NCBI RefSeq assembly: GCF_009914755.1
Contig: NC_060926.1
Direction: 5' to 3' (one strand)
Origin: the human T2T-CHM13v2.0 reference genome, Homo sapiens
DNA length: 64,000 bases
The position numbers were made by a program, and so were the translations under genes. Positions 1 to 13,939 of the stretch are shown piece after piece. The notes beneath the pieces are model-generated. The model saw only the letters and a program-made list of their open reading frames with translations. It searched no databases and was not told the DNA's origin. Each line of letters starts with the position of its first letter. Position 1 is the stretch's first letter.

Positions 1-180
1 ACGTGTGTGTATGCATGTAAACACATATATACAAGTGTAAATACACATATGTACACATGTGTATTATACACATAGGTACACATGTGTATAATACACATAT
101 ATCCACATTATATGTGTGTCTATATATGAACATATACGTGTATCCAGACAGTGTGTACATATATGTGTGTATATGCATAT
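1..180. repeat. TA/CA/TG low-complexity tract
   Basis: Alternating purine-pyrimidine runs (tatata, cacata, tgtgtg). Confidence 0.85.
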
Positions 181-181
181 A

Positions 182-829
182 CAGTCGTCACTTGGACTCG
201 TGGGGGATTGGTTCCAGTAGCCTCCGCCCATGCCTAGATCCCACAGGATGAAGTCCCTGATATAAAATGTTATAGCATTTGCATACAAACTATGCACATC
301 CTCCCAAATATCTTAAATACTTTAAATGATCTTTAGATTATTTATAATACCTTATACAATGTAAATAGTTGTTATACTGTATTGTTTAGAGAATAATGAC
401 AAGAAAAATATCTGTACATGTTCCATACAGACACTTTTTTTTTCAAACATTTTTGCTCCATGGTTGGTTGAATCCAGGCATGTGGAACCCATAGATAGAG
501 AGGGGCTGGCCAGGCGCAGTGGCTCATGCCTGTAACCCCAGCATTTTGGGAGGCTGAGGTGGGCAGATCACTTGAGGTCAGGAATTCGAGACCAGCCTGG
601 CCAACATGGTGAAACCCTGTCTCTACTAAAAATACAAAAAGTTAACTGTGTGTGGTGGCACGTGCCTGTAATACCGGCTACTCAGAGGCTGAGGCAGGAG
701 AACTGCTTGAACTCGGGAGGCAGAGGTTGCAGTGAGCCGAGACCATGCACTGCACCGCAGCCTGGTGACAAAGCTACACTCCATCTGAAAAAAAAAAAAA
801 AAAAAAAAAAAGATAGAGAGGGCCTAGTG
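182..829 (+). mobile_element. MER2 (TcMar-Tigger) DNA transposon, 3' terminus split by an Alu
   Basis: TA then CAGTCGTC...GGGGGATTGGTTCCAG...AAGTCCCTGATATAAAATG...GGTTGGTTGAATCC matches MER2; end GAGGGCCTAGTG resumes after the Alu. Confidence 0.85.
508..811 (+). mobile_element. AluS, full length
   Basis: Dimeric Alu, poly(A), TSD AGATAGAGAGGG(G/C)CT at 493-507 and 811-825. Confidence 0.97.
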
Positions 830-1195
830 AGCACGTTTGTGTGTATATGGTCTCAACATCAGAACAACCTCAGATCTAGCATTATTCTTACTTTGGAAAC
901 AGGTTGAGAGTCAGAGAATTGAACAACTTTCCCAAGGTTTTGTAGCCTGTAAATGGCAGAACCAGGATTGAATATAAAATTTCTAAATCCAGAGACTTTG
1001 TTCCTTTCTACACTGGCATCCAAGGTAGTCCTCTGAGACATATGTAACTGCTATGCTTGAAACCTGCATTTCCTTCCACATGGCATCACACTCTCCTTAG
1101 ACACTAGGCTTCACGTCACGTCCAGTTTCTAAGATCCTCACGGTTCTATGTCTGTTTGGCAGCAGGGTCATCTGAGAAGGCCTGCAGTGTGGGCC

Positions 1196-1352
1196 AGCAC
1201 TTCACAAACCTTCATGTGCGTGTGAAGCCTGTGGTCTGAATGCAGATTCTGATTCAGGAGTCTGGGGTGGGGCCTGGGACTCTGCCTTTCTCACAATTGC
1301 CCAGGTGATGCCACAGCTGCTACGGGTCCCCGGACCACTCTTTGAGTAGCAG
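1196..1352. mobile_element. MER5-type hAT-Charlie MITE
   Basis: AATGCAGATTCTGATTCAG...GGGGTGGGGCCTG...CCCAGGTGATGC...GGACCACTCTTTGAGTAGCA. Confidence 0.8.
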
Positions 1353-1409
1353 GGGCGGGGCAGTGTGGCATCTCACTCTTGGTTTTGAATTTCATCTCAG
1401 CACAATCTG

Positions 1410-1540
1410 GGGTCACTTATTTAACTAACGTAACTTCTCTGGGGCTCAGAATCCTCATCTGTGAAATGGGAACAATAATATCAGCCCCACTGAGGAATTT
1501 AAATGAAAGGAGATGATACATAACACAGATCAGCTTCTCA
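1410..1540 (+). mobile_element. MIR fragment
   Basis: Core AACTTCTCTGGGGCTCAGAATCCTCATCTGTGAAATGGG-AATAATA. Confidence 0.75.
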
Positions 1541-1762
1541 CTTGTTTTGGTTAGAATTGGAGGTGATTCCTTCATTGACATAAAACACGAGGCTGTTATC
1601 CAGACAGAGCTGTTAAACTTTGGGTTGGGTTCCAAATCATTTGGGTTATAATGTCAGCTCTCCGCATCACTCCAGAAAAGTGATCTTAGTAAGATCCTTC
1701 TAGTCATTTTGGTTGAGACTTGTTTCAGGTGGTCTAGAAGGCCTATTTATTTATGGCTATAG

Positions 1763-2064
<302 letters not shown>

Positions 2065-3224
2065 GTGGCTATAGTTTTAAATGCTGCCTAGACTCCAAAT
2101 TGCTGCACACAACCTGTCCCCAAGTCCGTGTGTGCACATCCATTATCTGGGGTTTCAGATGTCTGGGGTTTCTATGTCTTAGGAGTTGCCCCCTAAGTGT
2201 GGGAGTCCAAACTTTCCCTACGACAGAACTGGAAAAAAACAAAAGCAAAAACAAAAGAAAGCTAGTTCCACTTTTATCCAGAGAGAACCGAAAGATAGGA
2301 TCACATTTCCTCAAACTTCTAGTAAAGAAGTCAGGCACGGGTCTGGGCTCTGGAGCCTGGAGCCAGCTGTAGGGCCGGCCGGTGGCCTGGAAACAAACAG
2401 TCCCACATAGGCCGGGAGGAATATGCGCGCACTGCCTGCCTCCATTGTTTTCTTTCCTGGAATAGCTGCTTGTTCTCATCAGCTAGTGTGGTCAGCATTT
2501 CCATTCAAGATCATATTGTCAGGGCTTTATTTTTAAGTCAGGCATGAAAATGGGCCTTGAGCTGAAACTTGGAAGCTGGGCAATTAGCATATTTGAAAGG
2601 AAGCCAACTGGTCTTTTGTTATTCCGTGGGGCAGAAGGGGCTTTTCCATGCTCTTCTAAATGACAAAAAGGGTTTGTGTTTGGGGCATTTTAAAACGAAG
2701 CAGTAGGCATGGACTTGGCTGTTTACACACAGAAGCTCACAAGAACATTGTCTCTGGGCTGCCTGGATGATGTCTGTAGGGGCTGCGAGACCCCAAGGAT
2801 GTTCTCTGCTGACCAGAGGAACTGGAGCACTTTAATGTAGAAATTGGAAGCCAAGGAACTTTGTGTTTAAAGTAGAACTGCTGGAAGTGGCCAAGTCCAC
2901 GGCTGCTTTCCAGAATGCCCTTAAAGAAAATGCTGACCCGCCAACTGGCAAATACGTCCTGAGTGCCTTCTCCCCACGAGGCACTAGTTTGGCAGAAATT
3001 TGGAGCTGGGCTGGGCAGTGATATGGAAAGAAGTATGCAGTCTAAGTAGGAGGGTCATCTGTATCTAGAGAGATAAAAACACAAGGTTAGTTAATGCCTC
3101 TTGCTGCAAGAGGAACCAGACGTGAAAGGGATAGGGAAGCCCAGGAGGGGAGGGACCATGAAGGATTGAGAAAGATTGCTGCGTACGTGTTAGGGGGGTA
3201 GGGAGGGCAGGTGGAAAGAACGAT

Positions 3225-3390
3225 GGCTTTGGAACCCCTGACTCACTGTGTGACACTGGCAAATTTCTGGGCCTTGGGGAAGTACCAGAAATTATAAGAA
3301 AACTAGGAAAAATAGTACCAGGACAGAGCTGCTGTGGAATTGTTTAATGAGATAATGCATGTCAAGTGTTCAGCACATAGCAAATGGTAA
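3225..3390 (+). mobile_element. MIR fragment
   Basis: CACTGTGTGACACTGGCAAATT...AATGAGATAATGCATGTCAAGTGTTCAGCACATAG. Confidence 0.6.
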
Positions 3391-3679
3391 TTACCGTGTT
3401 TAAATGATGGGTATATTGGTTTTTGGAGTTAAATAATCTGAGCAAACGGATCTGGTCAGAAATCCTTGAAGGTCCGGGGAGCCGGTGGGATGAGTCTGGT
3501 GCACTGATTCCATAGCACAGGGGCAGGACCCTCTGTAATCCCCCCGCCCCCCATTTTGTGCACACTAAACACATAATTGCTGGCTAAGTTTTTCATAATG
3601 TACATAAACAGGACAAACGTATTTTCCCTATATTTCAGATGTAGAGATCAATATAAGTAGTGGTGTCAGATGAATCATA

Positions 3680-3858
3680 GGCTGTCCCAATGGGGCATAT
3701 TTTTATTAAAAATTATTTATACTAAAAAGTTGTTGGTTTTTATCTGAAATTCAATTTAACCGGGTGTCCTGTAGAGAGAGAGAGAGTGTGTGTGTATGTG
3801 TGTTTGTGCGTGTATGTGTGTGTGTGCATCCACGCACGCCCTAAGTCTAGAGACCCTA
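3680..3858. mobile_element. MER53/Arthur-like hAT fragment interrupted by a (GA)(GT)n microsatellite
   Basis: TTTATACTAAAAAG...TATCTGAAATTCAATTTAACCGGGTGTCCTGTA, then microsatellite 3773-3830, then CTAAGTCTAGAGACCCTA end-like motif. Confidence 0.6.
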
Positions 3859-4246
3859 TTCCTAACACCTATGTACCCAACACTCAGAGTTAATAAGTAT
3901 CAATACTTTGCTATCTTACCTTGAGTTTTTTAATGTTTTAAAGAGAAAGTTACAGACCACAGTTGGAATCTCCTTGTCACACACATACCAACATCATTCT
4001 TCTCCAAAAATGCCCAAAATTGATTCTATTCGTGTGTATCCTTATGTGGCTGTTCTACTTTTTCTATATGTGTATGTTTCCAGAAACAAAATACACTCTT
4101 GTTTTCTGTGCTTTATAGATTTACATAAATGATATCTTAGTGTATTTTTCTTTCAGCCATATAATTTTATTTTAAACATGAAATTTTTGATAAAAAATAT
4201 TATATGTGATATACACATTGTCATCACCATAATACAGCCAACGCCT

Positions 4247-4337
4247 GTGCATCCATTACCCAGCAGAAGTGCCGTCCATTACCCAGCTGATGTGCTGTCC
4301 ATTACCCAGTGGAAGTGCCGTCCATTACCCAGCAGAA
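4247..4337. repeat. Minisatellite, 4 x 23 bp (GTGCCGTCCATTACCCAGCAGAA)
   Basis: Units at 4247-4268 (22 bp), 4269-4291, 4292-4314, 4315-4337; no spacers. Confidence 0.92.
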
Positions 4338-4408
4338 GTAGAACGTCGCCAACGCTTTTGAAGTCTCTGTGCCTCCTTCTGAATTGCATTCCCCCTGACC
4401 CCACATAG

Positions 4409-4775
<367 letters not shown>

Positions 4776-5659
4776 CCTTTCTTTATAGTTTATCATAATA
4801 TATGTAATTCTGAATGACAGTGCTCAGTTTTGAGTGAGTTTAAACCATGAACGGAAGAGAACATTGTGCTGTTTATGTTCTTCTGGAGCTATGCTCTCTT
4901 GACTTCATATATTTAAGAGGTTCATTTCGTGTTGGTGAGTGTAACTATGGTTCATTGTTTCTTTTCACTGCTGTTTACTATTCTATTGGATAAACACACT
5001 GCATCTTGTATTGCTACGGGACATTTGAGTTGTTTCAAGTTTTTGCTACTACAAACACAGCTGTTATGAACATTATTATACTTTTTTCTGGTATATATAT
5101 ATATATATATAAAATAATTTGTCTGTGGTGAAAATACCTGAGTGGGATCTCTGGGTCCTTGTATTATTACCATCATTTCTCAAAGTGGTTCTACAAGTTT
5201 ATACCCTCACCAGAGTCTTGACCAGTTTCTACCTCTACCAGAAGCGTATAAGTGTCTTGGGTGTTTCACAGTCCCTCCCACACCTGCCAAGCTCCTGGGG
5301 ACAAAATGATGTCTTGCTATGGCCTAAATTGTCTTTGCCAGATTATTAATGATATTGATCATCTTTTCATATAAGTATTGGCCACTTTCAGCTCCTTTTC
5401 TGTGAAGAGACTGTTCCGGTCATCTGTTTATTTTTCTATTGGGTTTGTCTTTTTTCTTATAGATTTGTAAGAACTCTTCATATATTCTTGTTACTAACCC
5501 TTTGTTGGTTACATATGTTGAAAATATTGACTTTTAGTTTGTGGCCTGCCTTTTCATTTTTTATGATATCTTTTGAGGAAGAAACAGTCTTAATTTTAAT
5601 GTTGTCAAATGTATCAGTCATTTGCTTTTCTGGTTACCACTTTGGGTGTTAAGAAAATT

Positions 5660-5789
5660 TCCTTCTTTCCTTCCTTCCTTCCTTCCTTCCTTCCTTCCTT
5701 CCTTCCTTCCTTCCTTTCTTCCTTCCTTCCTTCCTTTCTTCTTTCTTTTCCTTCTTTCCTTCCTTTCTTTCTTTCCTTCTTTCTTTTTC
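5660..5789. repeat. (TTCC)n/(TTTC)n microsatellite (Alu tail derived)
   Basis: 12 consecutive TTCC at 5667-5714 followed by degenerate units. Confidence 0.95.
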
Positions 5790-6070
5790 AAGGTCTTACT
5801 CTATCACCCAGGCTGGAGTGCAGTGGCACAACCACGGCTCGCTGTAGGCTCCAACTCCTGGGCTCAAGTGATCCTCCTGCCTCAGCCTCCTGAGCAGCTG
5901 GGACTACAGGCATGTGCCACCATGCCTAGCCAATTTTAAAATTTTTTCGTAGAGATAAATTGTTTTTGCTATGTAGCCCAGGCTTGTCTTGAACTCCTAG
6001 CCTTAAGCAATCTCCCTGGCTTGGCCTCCCAAAGTGTTGAGATTACAGGAGTGAGCCACAGTACCCAGCC
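5790..6070 (-). mobile_element. AluJ
   Basis: Reverse Alu; AAGAAAA(T/C)TT flanks tail and head. Confidence 0.93.
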
Positions 6071-7051
6071 AAGAAAACTTTCTTTATGCTGGCATTATAA
6101 AAATATTCTTTTATATTTTTCTCTTAGAGTTATAAAGGTCAGCTTTGTTATTTAAGCATTTAATCTACCTGAAATTGATTGTTGTATATGGAGTAAGGCA
6201 GTGATCCAGTTCTGTTCTTTTACCTTATGGATAACCAATTGTTCCAGTGTCATTTACTGGGAAGTCTATCTTTTTCATCGATCTACAGTGCCATTCTTTT
6301 CCATACATGCATGGCTTTATTTCTAGGTTTCTTTTGTTCCATCAGTCTGTCTGTCTATCCCTGAGAGTTCCATACTGTCTTAATGACTATAGCTTTATAA
6401 CAAGTTTTAATGTCTGGAGAAACAAGAGTTACTAACTTCTTCACAGCATCTTATCTATTCTCAGTTTTTAACTTACAATATAATTTTTGATGCAACAAAC
6501 TTTTATAGGATTTGTCTATGTAAGTATATATTATTTGTCATTAATTTAACTGCCATTTATTTGTATTTACATTATACATATGTATTCCATTTATAAATGC
6601 CACAGTTGACTGTCCATTGCCCCACTAATGGACATTAAGTGGTTTCCCACTTTTTCCTTAGCACCTATTAGAGGAATTGTTGGATTATAGAGTATGTGCA
6701 TCTTCAAATTTACTATATAATGCAAAATTGCTTTCCAAAGTGTTTAAACCAGTTACACTCCCACCAGCTGCGTAAGAATTGAAGTTAATCTGTCTCTGCT
6801 GAAACACTTTTTATTTTTTTAAAAAAAGGAAGGATGTGCAATGTTATCTCAGTGATGTTATATTTTCCTCTTTCCATATGCATTTTTCATATGTGTTTAT
6901 TAGCTATTTAATTTCCTGTTCATATCATTTGCTCATCTTCCTGTTGGATTGTCTCTATTCTTACTGATTTGCTCATAAGTCATTTTATATTCTAATTACT
7001 AAACCTTTGTTGTTTATAGTGGTTGAAATTATCTTCTCGAATACTGTGGAT

Positions 7052-7257
7052 CAGGGGTTGGCAAACTATGGTCCTTGTTTATGGCCTATTTTTGCACATC
7101 CCAAACTAATTTTAATGTAATCTAATGTCTTTACATTTTTAAAGATTGCAAAGAAAGAAGAAAGCAGCAGCAGCAGCAGTGGCAACAGAGATGCATGTGG
7201 CCTGCAAAGCCGAAAATATTTATCATCTGGCTATTCACAAAAAATTGCTAACCACCC
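7052..7257 (+). mobile_element. MER58-type hAT-Charlie element
   Basis: CAGGGGTTGGCAAACTATGG...GGCCTGCAAAGCCGAAAATATTTATCATCTGG...AAAAATTGCTAACC. Confidence 0.8.
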
Positions 7258-8570
7258 CCCGCAACCCGCTATGACTGTTTTCTAACTTAGTTTCTATTTT
7301 TGTTGTCATTGAAATGTTTCATTTCAATGTAGTATAATGTATCATTTTAAAGATTATAATATTATAGATTATATGACTCTGCTTCTAGCTCTCTGATTTC
7401 ATTGTTCTATTCATATATCAAAATGCCAATACCACTTTTAAATTTACTAGTGTTCCAAAATAAGTCTGATATCTGGTAGGGCAAATCTGTCCCCTTCCAA
7501 CCCATTTTCTCTCTTAAACAGTTCTGATCCAACAACCTCCCCACTTGGTCACAATGACCAAAGTTGATTCAATGCATGCATTAATTTTATATTTATACCT
7601 TTCAACTGCCAGTATATAAAATTCAAAGTTGTTTCCGCCCCTACCCCCCGCCAGCTGATTATTGTTATTGCTATTCCTGAAAGGGGGTATTTTTCAATCC
7701 ATGGCACTTGTGTGCATTAGCAATAATTAGATAACTTTGCTCAAAAAATCCAACTCATTTTGAAGACATCTGTTTGACTTTCTTTGCCCTTCTGCTGGCT
7801 TCTGGTGCAGGAGCTGAGCTCTTAATTAATTATTGCTTATATCGGGTAGTAATACCCCCTGAAAAGTGAAGCAAGCTTGCGCTAAAGGAAGCATAGAAAA
7901 CAGTACATTTCTGTAAACAGACGACAATGTTTACTGAATGCTTATTTCTTTAAATGTCATTGGGTATATAAAACCAAGCTTCTTGGAGTTCTATCCACTA
8001 AACTCACCGAATCATTCCAAATTCTAACTTAATTTCAGCAGTAGAGATGATTCATAGCAAAGCAGAACCAAATGGGCTGCAGTTGGATTTTTAGGTTTCT
8101 GTAGTTCGTGTTTTCAAGTTTTTAAACAGCTTTATTAATAAATTTCTTTATTTGTTTGTCTGTTTATCGGGCAGACTCCCAAGCCAGAATAGGCTCAGGG
8201 AGACTCCTTAAACAGCTTTACTAAGGCATAATCTACCGACTTTTAAATTCGCTCATTGTAAGTGTTCAATTCAATGATTTTTCACAAATTTACAGAGTTG
8301 TGCAGCTATCACCATGACCCAGTTCTAGATCATTCCCTTTAACCCAAAAAGTTCCTTCAGACTGGTTTGTAGTCAATTCTCCCCACCCCTTGGCAATTGC
8401 TAATCTGCTCTCTGTCTCTGTCAATTTACCCTTTCTGGATATTTAATATAAATGGAATCATACAATATGTAGCCTTTGTGTCTGGCTTCTTTCACTCTGT
8501 TTTAGCAGACTATTTTTGAGGTTCATCTATGTATCAGTAGTTTTTTTTCTTCCTTTTTATTGCTGAAAAG

Positions 8571-9318
<748 letters not shown>

Positions 9319-11044
9319 AGAGTATTTCACTGTGTGCATAAGACACACTTTGTTTATTCATTTACCAATTAACAGACACTTGGGTTCTTTCTAGTATTGA
9401 GCTGTTATGAATGATACTGCTCTGAGTATTTGCAAACATGTCTATGTGTGGACATGTGCTTTCATTTATCTTAGGTAGATTACTAGGAGTGGAATTGCTG
9501 AATCAAGCGGTTAAGTTTAACTTTCTAAGAAAATGCCAGACTTGTCTAAAGTGGCTGCATTCTTTTAAATCTTCATCGGCAACATGTGATGGTTAAAATT
9601 TCTCCATATGCTCATCACACTTGGTATTGTCTGTTTTTTGATGATAGCCATCCCAGTGAGCGTGTAGTTGTAGCTCAGCATGGTTTTAATTTGCATTTCC
9701 CTAGTAACTAATGTTGTTGAACATCTTTTCAAGAGCTTTTTAGCCATTTGTATAATTTTTTGGTGAAATGTCTATTCAATTCTTTTGACCATTTTTATAT
9801 TCGGTTATTTGTTTTCTTATCAATATATGTTTGGAGAACTCTTTATATAATTTGTATATAAGTCCTTTATCAGATTTGCAAACATTTTCTCTGAGTATTT
9901 GGCTTATCTTTTTATTTTCTTAGTGGTATTTTTTAAAGCATGAATGTTTTCAATTTTGATGGGGTCTAATTTATAAATTTTTTTCTTGTATGGATCTTAC
10001 TTTTGGTGTCACTCATAAAAATATATAGCCTAATCTAAGGTCAGAAAAAATTGTCTTCTATGTTTTCTTCTACAAGTTGAATAATTTTATCTCTTACATT
10101 TATGTCTATGATCCATTGTGGATTAATTTTTCTGTTTATGCTGTGAAATGAGAGCCTAAGTTCTTTCTCTTTTTTTTTTTTTGGCACGTGGTTATTAAAT
10201 TGTCCCAGCAATGTTTTTTGAAAAGATAACCCTTTCATCATTGAACTGAGTTTTCTGGAATCTTTTTAGAAAATCAGTTGGTTGTAAATGTGAGGGTTTG
10301 TTTCTAGACTTATAATTCCACTCCACTGATCTATATATCTATCCTTGTGCTAATACCATATAGTCTTAAAAAGTGTAGTTTTAGAGTAAGTTTCATATTG
10401 AGTAATGTCAGTCCCTAATTTGTTCTCTTTTAAAAAATTGTTTGGCTACTCCAGATCCTTTGCATTTTTATATAGATATTTTTAAATTAGGTTATCAATT
10501 CTCACAAAAAAAGCTTCCTGGGTGTTTGATAGGGATTGTGTTAGGTTAATAAATCAATTTGGGGGAGAACTGCCATCATGATAATATTGAAATCCATGTG
10601 CACTTGGGATATCTCTCCATTTATTTAGCTTGTTTTTAATTTTTCTCAACAATGTTTTGTAGTTTTCCACGTATGAGTCTTGTATTTTCTTTACTAATTT
10701 ATTCCTATTTTATTCTCTGTGAGGCTATTATGAACAGAATTATTTTCTTAATTTTATTTTTAATTTTCATTGCTAGCATATAAAATTACAACATTTCTTT
10801 TATACTGATCTTGTGTCAGACAACCTTGCTAAACTTGTTTATTTGTTCTTATTAGTTTTAGGAGGATTCTTTGGCATTTTCTACATACATGACTCTCAAA
10901 AATCATCTCTTCTGAGAATAAATCCAGTTTTACTTATTCCTTTCCAATCTGAATGACCTTGTTATTATCGTTTTGTTTTTATTGTTGTTGTTATTGTTTT
11001 GTTTTTGACTATTTTCCTGGCTAAAACCTCCAGTACAATGTTTA

Positions 11045-11240
<196 letters not shown>

Positions 11241-13099
11241 ATTAATTAATAAAAAATAAAAAGTGACAAGAATAGACATTTCTACCTTGTTCTTGATTTT
11301 AGGGGGGAAAGCATTAATTTTTCCACTAGCCAGTATAACGTTAGCTATGGGTTTTTCATAGATGCTCTCTATCCAGTTGTGGAATTTGCCTTCTGTTCCT
11401 AATTTATTGAGAGTGTTTTTCATAAGAGGGTGTGAGTTTTGTGTGTGTGTGTGTGTCAAGTGTTTTTCTGCATTTATTGAGATAATCATGTGAATTTTGT
11501 TATTTATTCTATTAATATGCTGTATCATATAATTGATTTTCAAATGTTAAACCTACCTTGCATTCCTGGGATAAATCTCACTTTGTCATATCGTAGCATC
11601 CTTTTTATATTACTGGATTCATTTTGCTATTATAATATCTTATTAAAGAATAATGCATCTATGAACATTAGAGAAATTGGTTTATAGCTTTTTCTTAAAA
11701 TGCATTTATCTGGCTTTGATATCAGGGTAACACTGGCCTTCAAATAAATTGGGAAGTGTAGCTATTCTTTGAAAGAGTTTGTGAAGGGTTGATATTACAT
11801 CTTCTTTAATTATTACATAGAATTCACCAGTGAAGCCATCAAGTTCTGAAGTTTCTCTGTGGAAAGTTTTAAGCTAATTCAATTTCTCTACTTCTTAGAG
11901 CTCTATTCAGATTTTCTATTTCTTCTTAAGTTTTGATATTTTTTGTCTTTCTAAATATTTGTCCATTTTTTGGTCTAATTAGTTGGCATAAAGTTGTTCG
12001 TAATAACCCTTATAATCTTTTTCATTTCTGTAGGATCAGTAATGATGTCCTCTTTCTCATTCTTGATTTTGGAAATTTGTGTCTTCTTTCTTTTTTCTTC
12101 ACCGGTCTAGTTAAGCATTTCTTAAGTTCATTGTTCTATTCAAAGACTAATTTTCGTTTCATTGATTTTTCTCTGGTTTTTCTGTTTTCTGTTTCATTGA
12201 TTTCTCTTGTAATCTTTATTCCTTCCTTTCTTCTATTTGCTTTGGACTTAGATTAGTCTTCTTTTTCTATCTTCTTAATGTATAAAGTGGGTTATTGATT
12301 TGGGGTCTTTTCTGTTACAGGCATTTAAGCACTCCTTTAGCTGAATCCTATACATTTTTATATGTTGCGTTTTCATTTACATTTAGCTTAATGTATTTTC
12401 TAATTTCCCTAGTGATATCTTCTTTGACCCATGAGTTATATGAAAATGTGTTGTTTAATTTTCAAGTATCATGGGATTTCCCAGATTTACTTCTTTCACT
12501 GGTTTCTAAATTAATTCCATAATAGCCACAGAGCCTACTTTATATAATTAATCTATTTAAATATACTGAGACTTGTTTTGTGGCCTAACATATGGTCTAA
12601 GGGAATGTTTCATATACACTTGAAAAAAAATGTATATTCTGTAGTCAGAGTGATGAGTATATGTCAGTTAGATTGAATTGGTTAGCAGTGTTGTTTAATT
12701 CTATATCCTTTTTGATTGTATATCTAGTTTTTCTATCAATTATTGAGAGGTAGTAATGAAATATTCAAGTATTTTATGGATTTATTTAGTTTAACTTCAA
12801 TTCTGTCAGTTTTTACTTTATATATTTTGAAGCTTTGTTTTTAGGTATGTATAAATTCGAAATTGTTATACTTCCTGTTGCATTGACCCTATTATCATTA
12901 GGAAATATTCTTATATGTCTCCGGTAATATGTCTTGTAGTCAAGTCTATTTTGTCTGATGTTAATATAGCCACTTGAGCTCTCTTATGGATGCTGTTTCA
13001 TATGTCCTTTCCCATTATTTTACTTCTAGTCTCTTTGCATATTCAAGTCTGTGTCTTCTATCTCTTGTAGACAAGATGTAGTTGGATCTTGGTCTTTGC

Positions 13100-13423
13100 T
13101 TTTTTGGTTTTTGTTGTTGTTGTTGTTTGTTTGTTTTTTTGAGATAGGGTCTCACTCTATCACCCAGGCTGGAGTGCAATGGCCTGAACATGGCTCACTG
13201 CAGCCTTGCCCTCCTGGGCTCAAGTGATCCTTCTGCCTCAGCCTCCTGAGTAGCTGGTACCATAGGCACCCGCCACCATGCCCTGCTAATTCTTAAAAAA
13301 TTTTTTGTGGAGATGAGGTCTTGCCATGTTGCCGAGGCTGATCTCAAATCCTGGACAGAAGCAATCCTCCTGTTTCAGCCTCCCAAAGTCCTGGGATTAC
13401 AGGTATGAACCACCACACCTGGC
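13100..13423 (-). mobile_element. AluJ
   Basis: Reverse Alu; TSD TGGATCTT. Confidence 0.93.
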
Positions 13424-13436
13424 TGGATCTTAGTTT

Positions 13437-13893
13437 TGTGAAAAGGAAATAAAATCTTGGGACCCCAAACTCATTACGCCAAAGGGAAAGTTAAGCTTGG
13501 GAACTAAGTCACATAAAAACTGCCTTCCTTTTCTTTTCAGATAGCTGAAATTTCACATGCTTGCTTTATCTTATGTAAAATGTACATGAACGCATAAACT
13601 ACTTTCCCCGCACTCCTCTCTTTTCACATGTCAAATGTGGATTCAGTGAATGCTAATCAAAGCCTCACAAGCATCTCCCTTTCTTTGTTTTTTTTTTTTT
13701 TCTTCCTTCCTCCTTTCCCTCCTTCCCACTCTTTCCCCTTTAAATGTCAAAGTCCTCAAAGCCCTGTTTGGAAGAAGCACAGGCCATAGGTCCTACTTTA
13801 ACTTGTGTTTTTTTTTCCGAGGCACATCCTCAACCTTGGCAAGACTGACTTCTAAATCAATTAAGATCTGTCTCAGACACTTTTTGATTTACA
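13437..13893 (+). mobile_element. Solo LTR, MER4 family (ERV1)
   Basis: TGTGAAAAGGAAATAAAATCTTGGGACCCCAAACTCA...TCTCAGACACTTTTTGATTTACA; 4-bp TSD GTTT both sides. Confidence 0.88.
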
Positions 13894-13939
13894 GTTTTCA
13901 CTCCAATATGATAATGTCTGCCTTTTGATTACAGGGTTT

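Noticed and set aside
4247-4337. Possible CRISPR-like array
   Set aside because: Units are contiguous with no unique spacers; eukaryotic context, no cas genes.
7682-7860. 10-bp inverted repeat AGGGGGTATT / AATACCCCCT around a TAATTAATTA-containing stretch
   Set aside because: Does not extend, no TSD; several such pairs are expected by chance in 64 kb.
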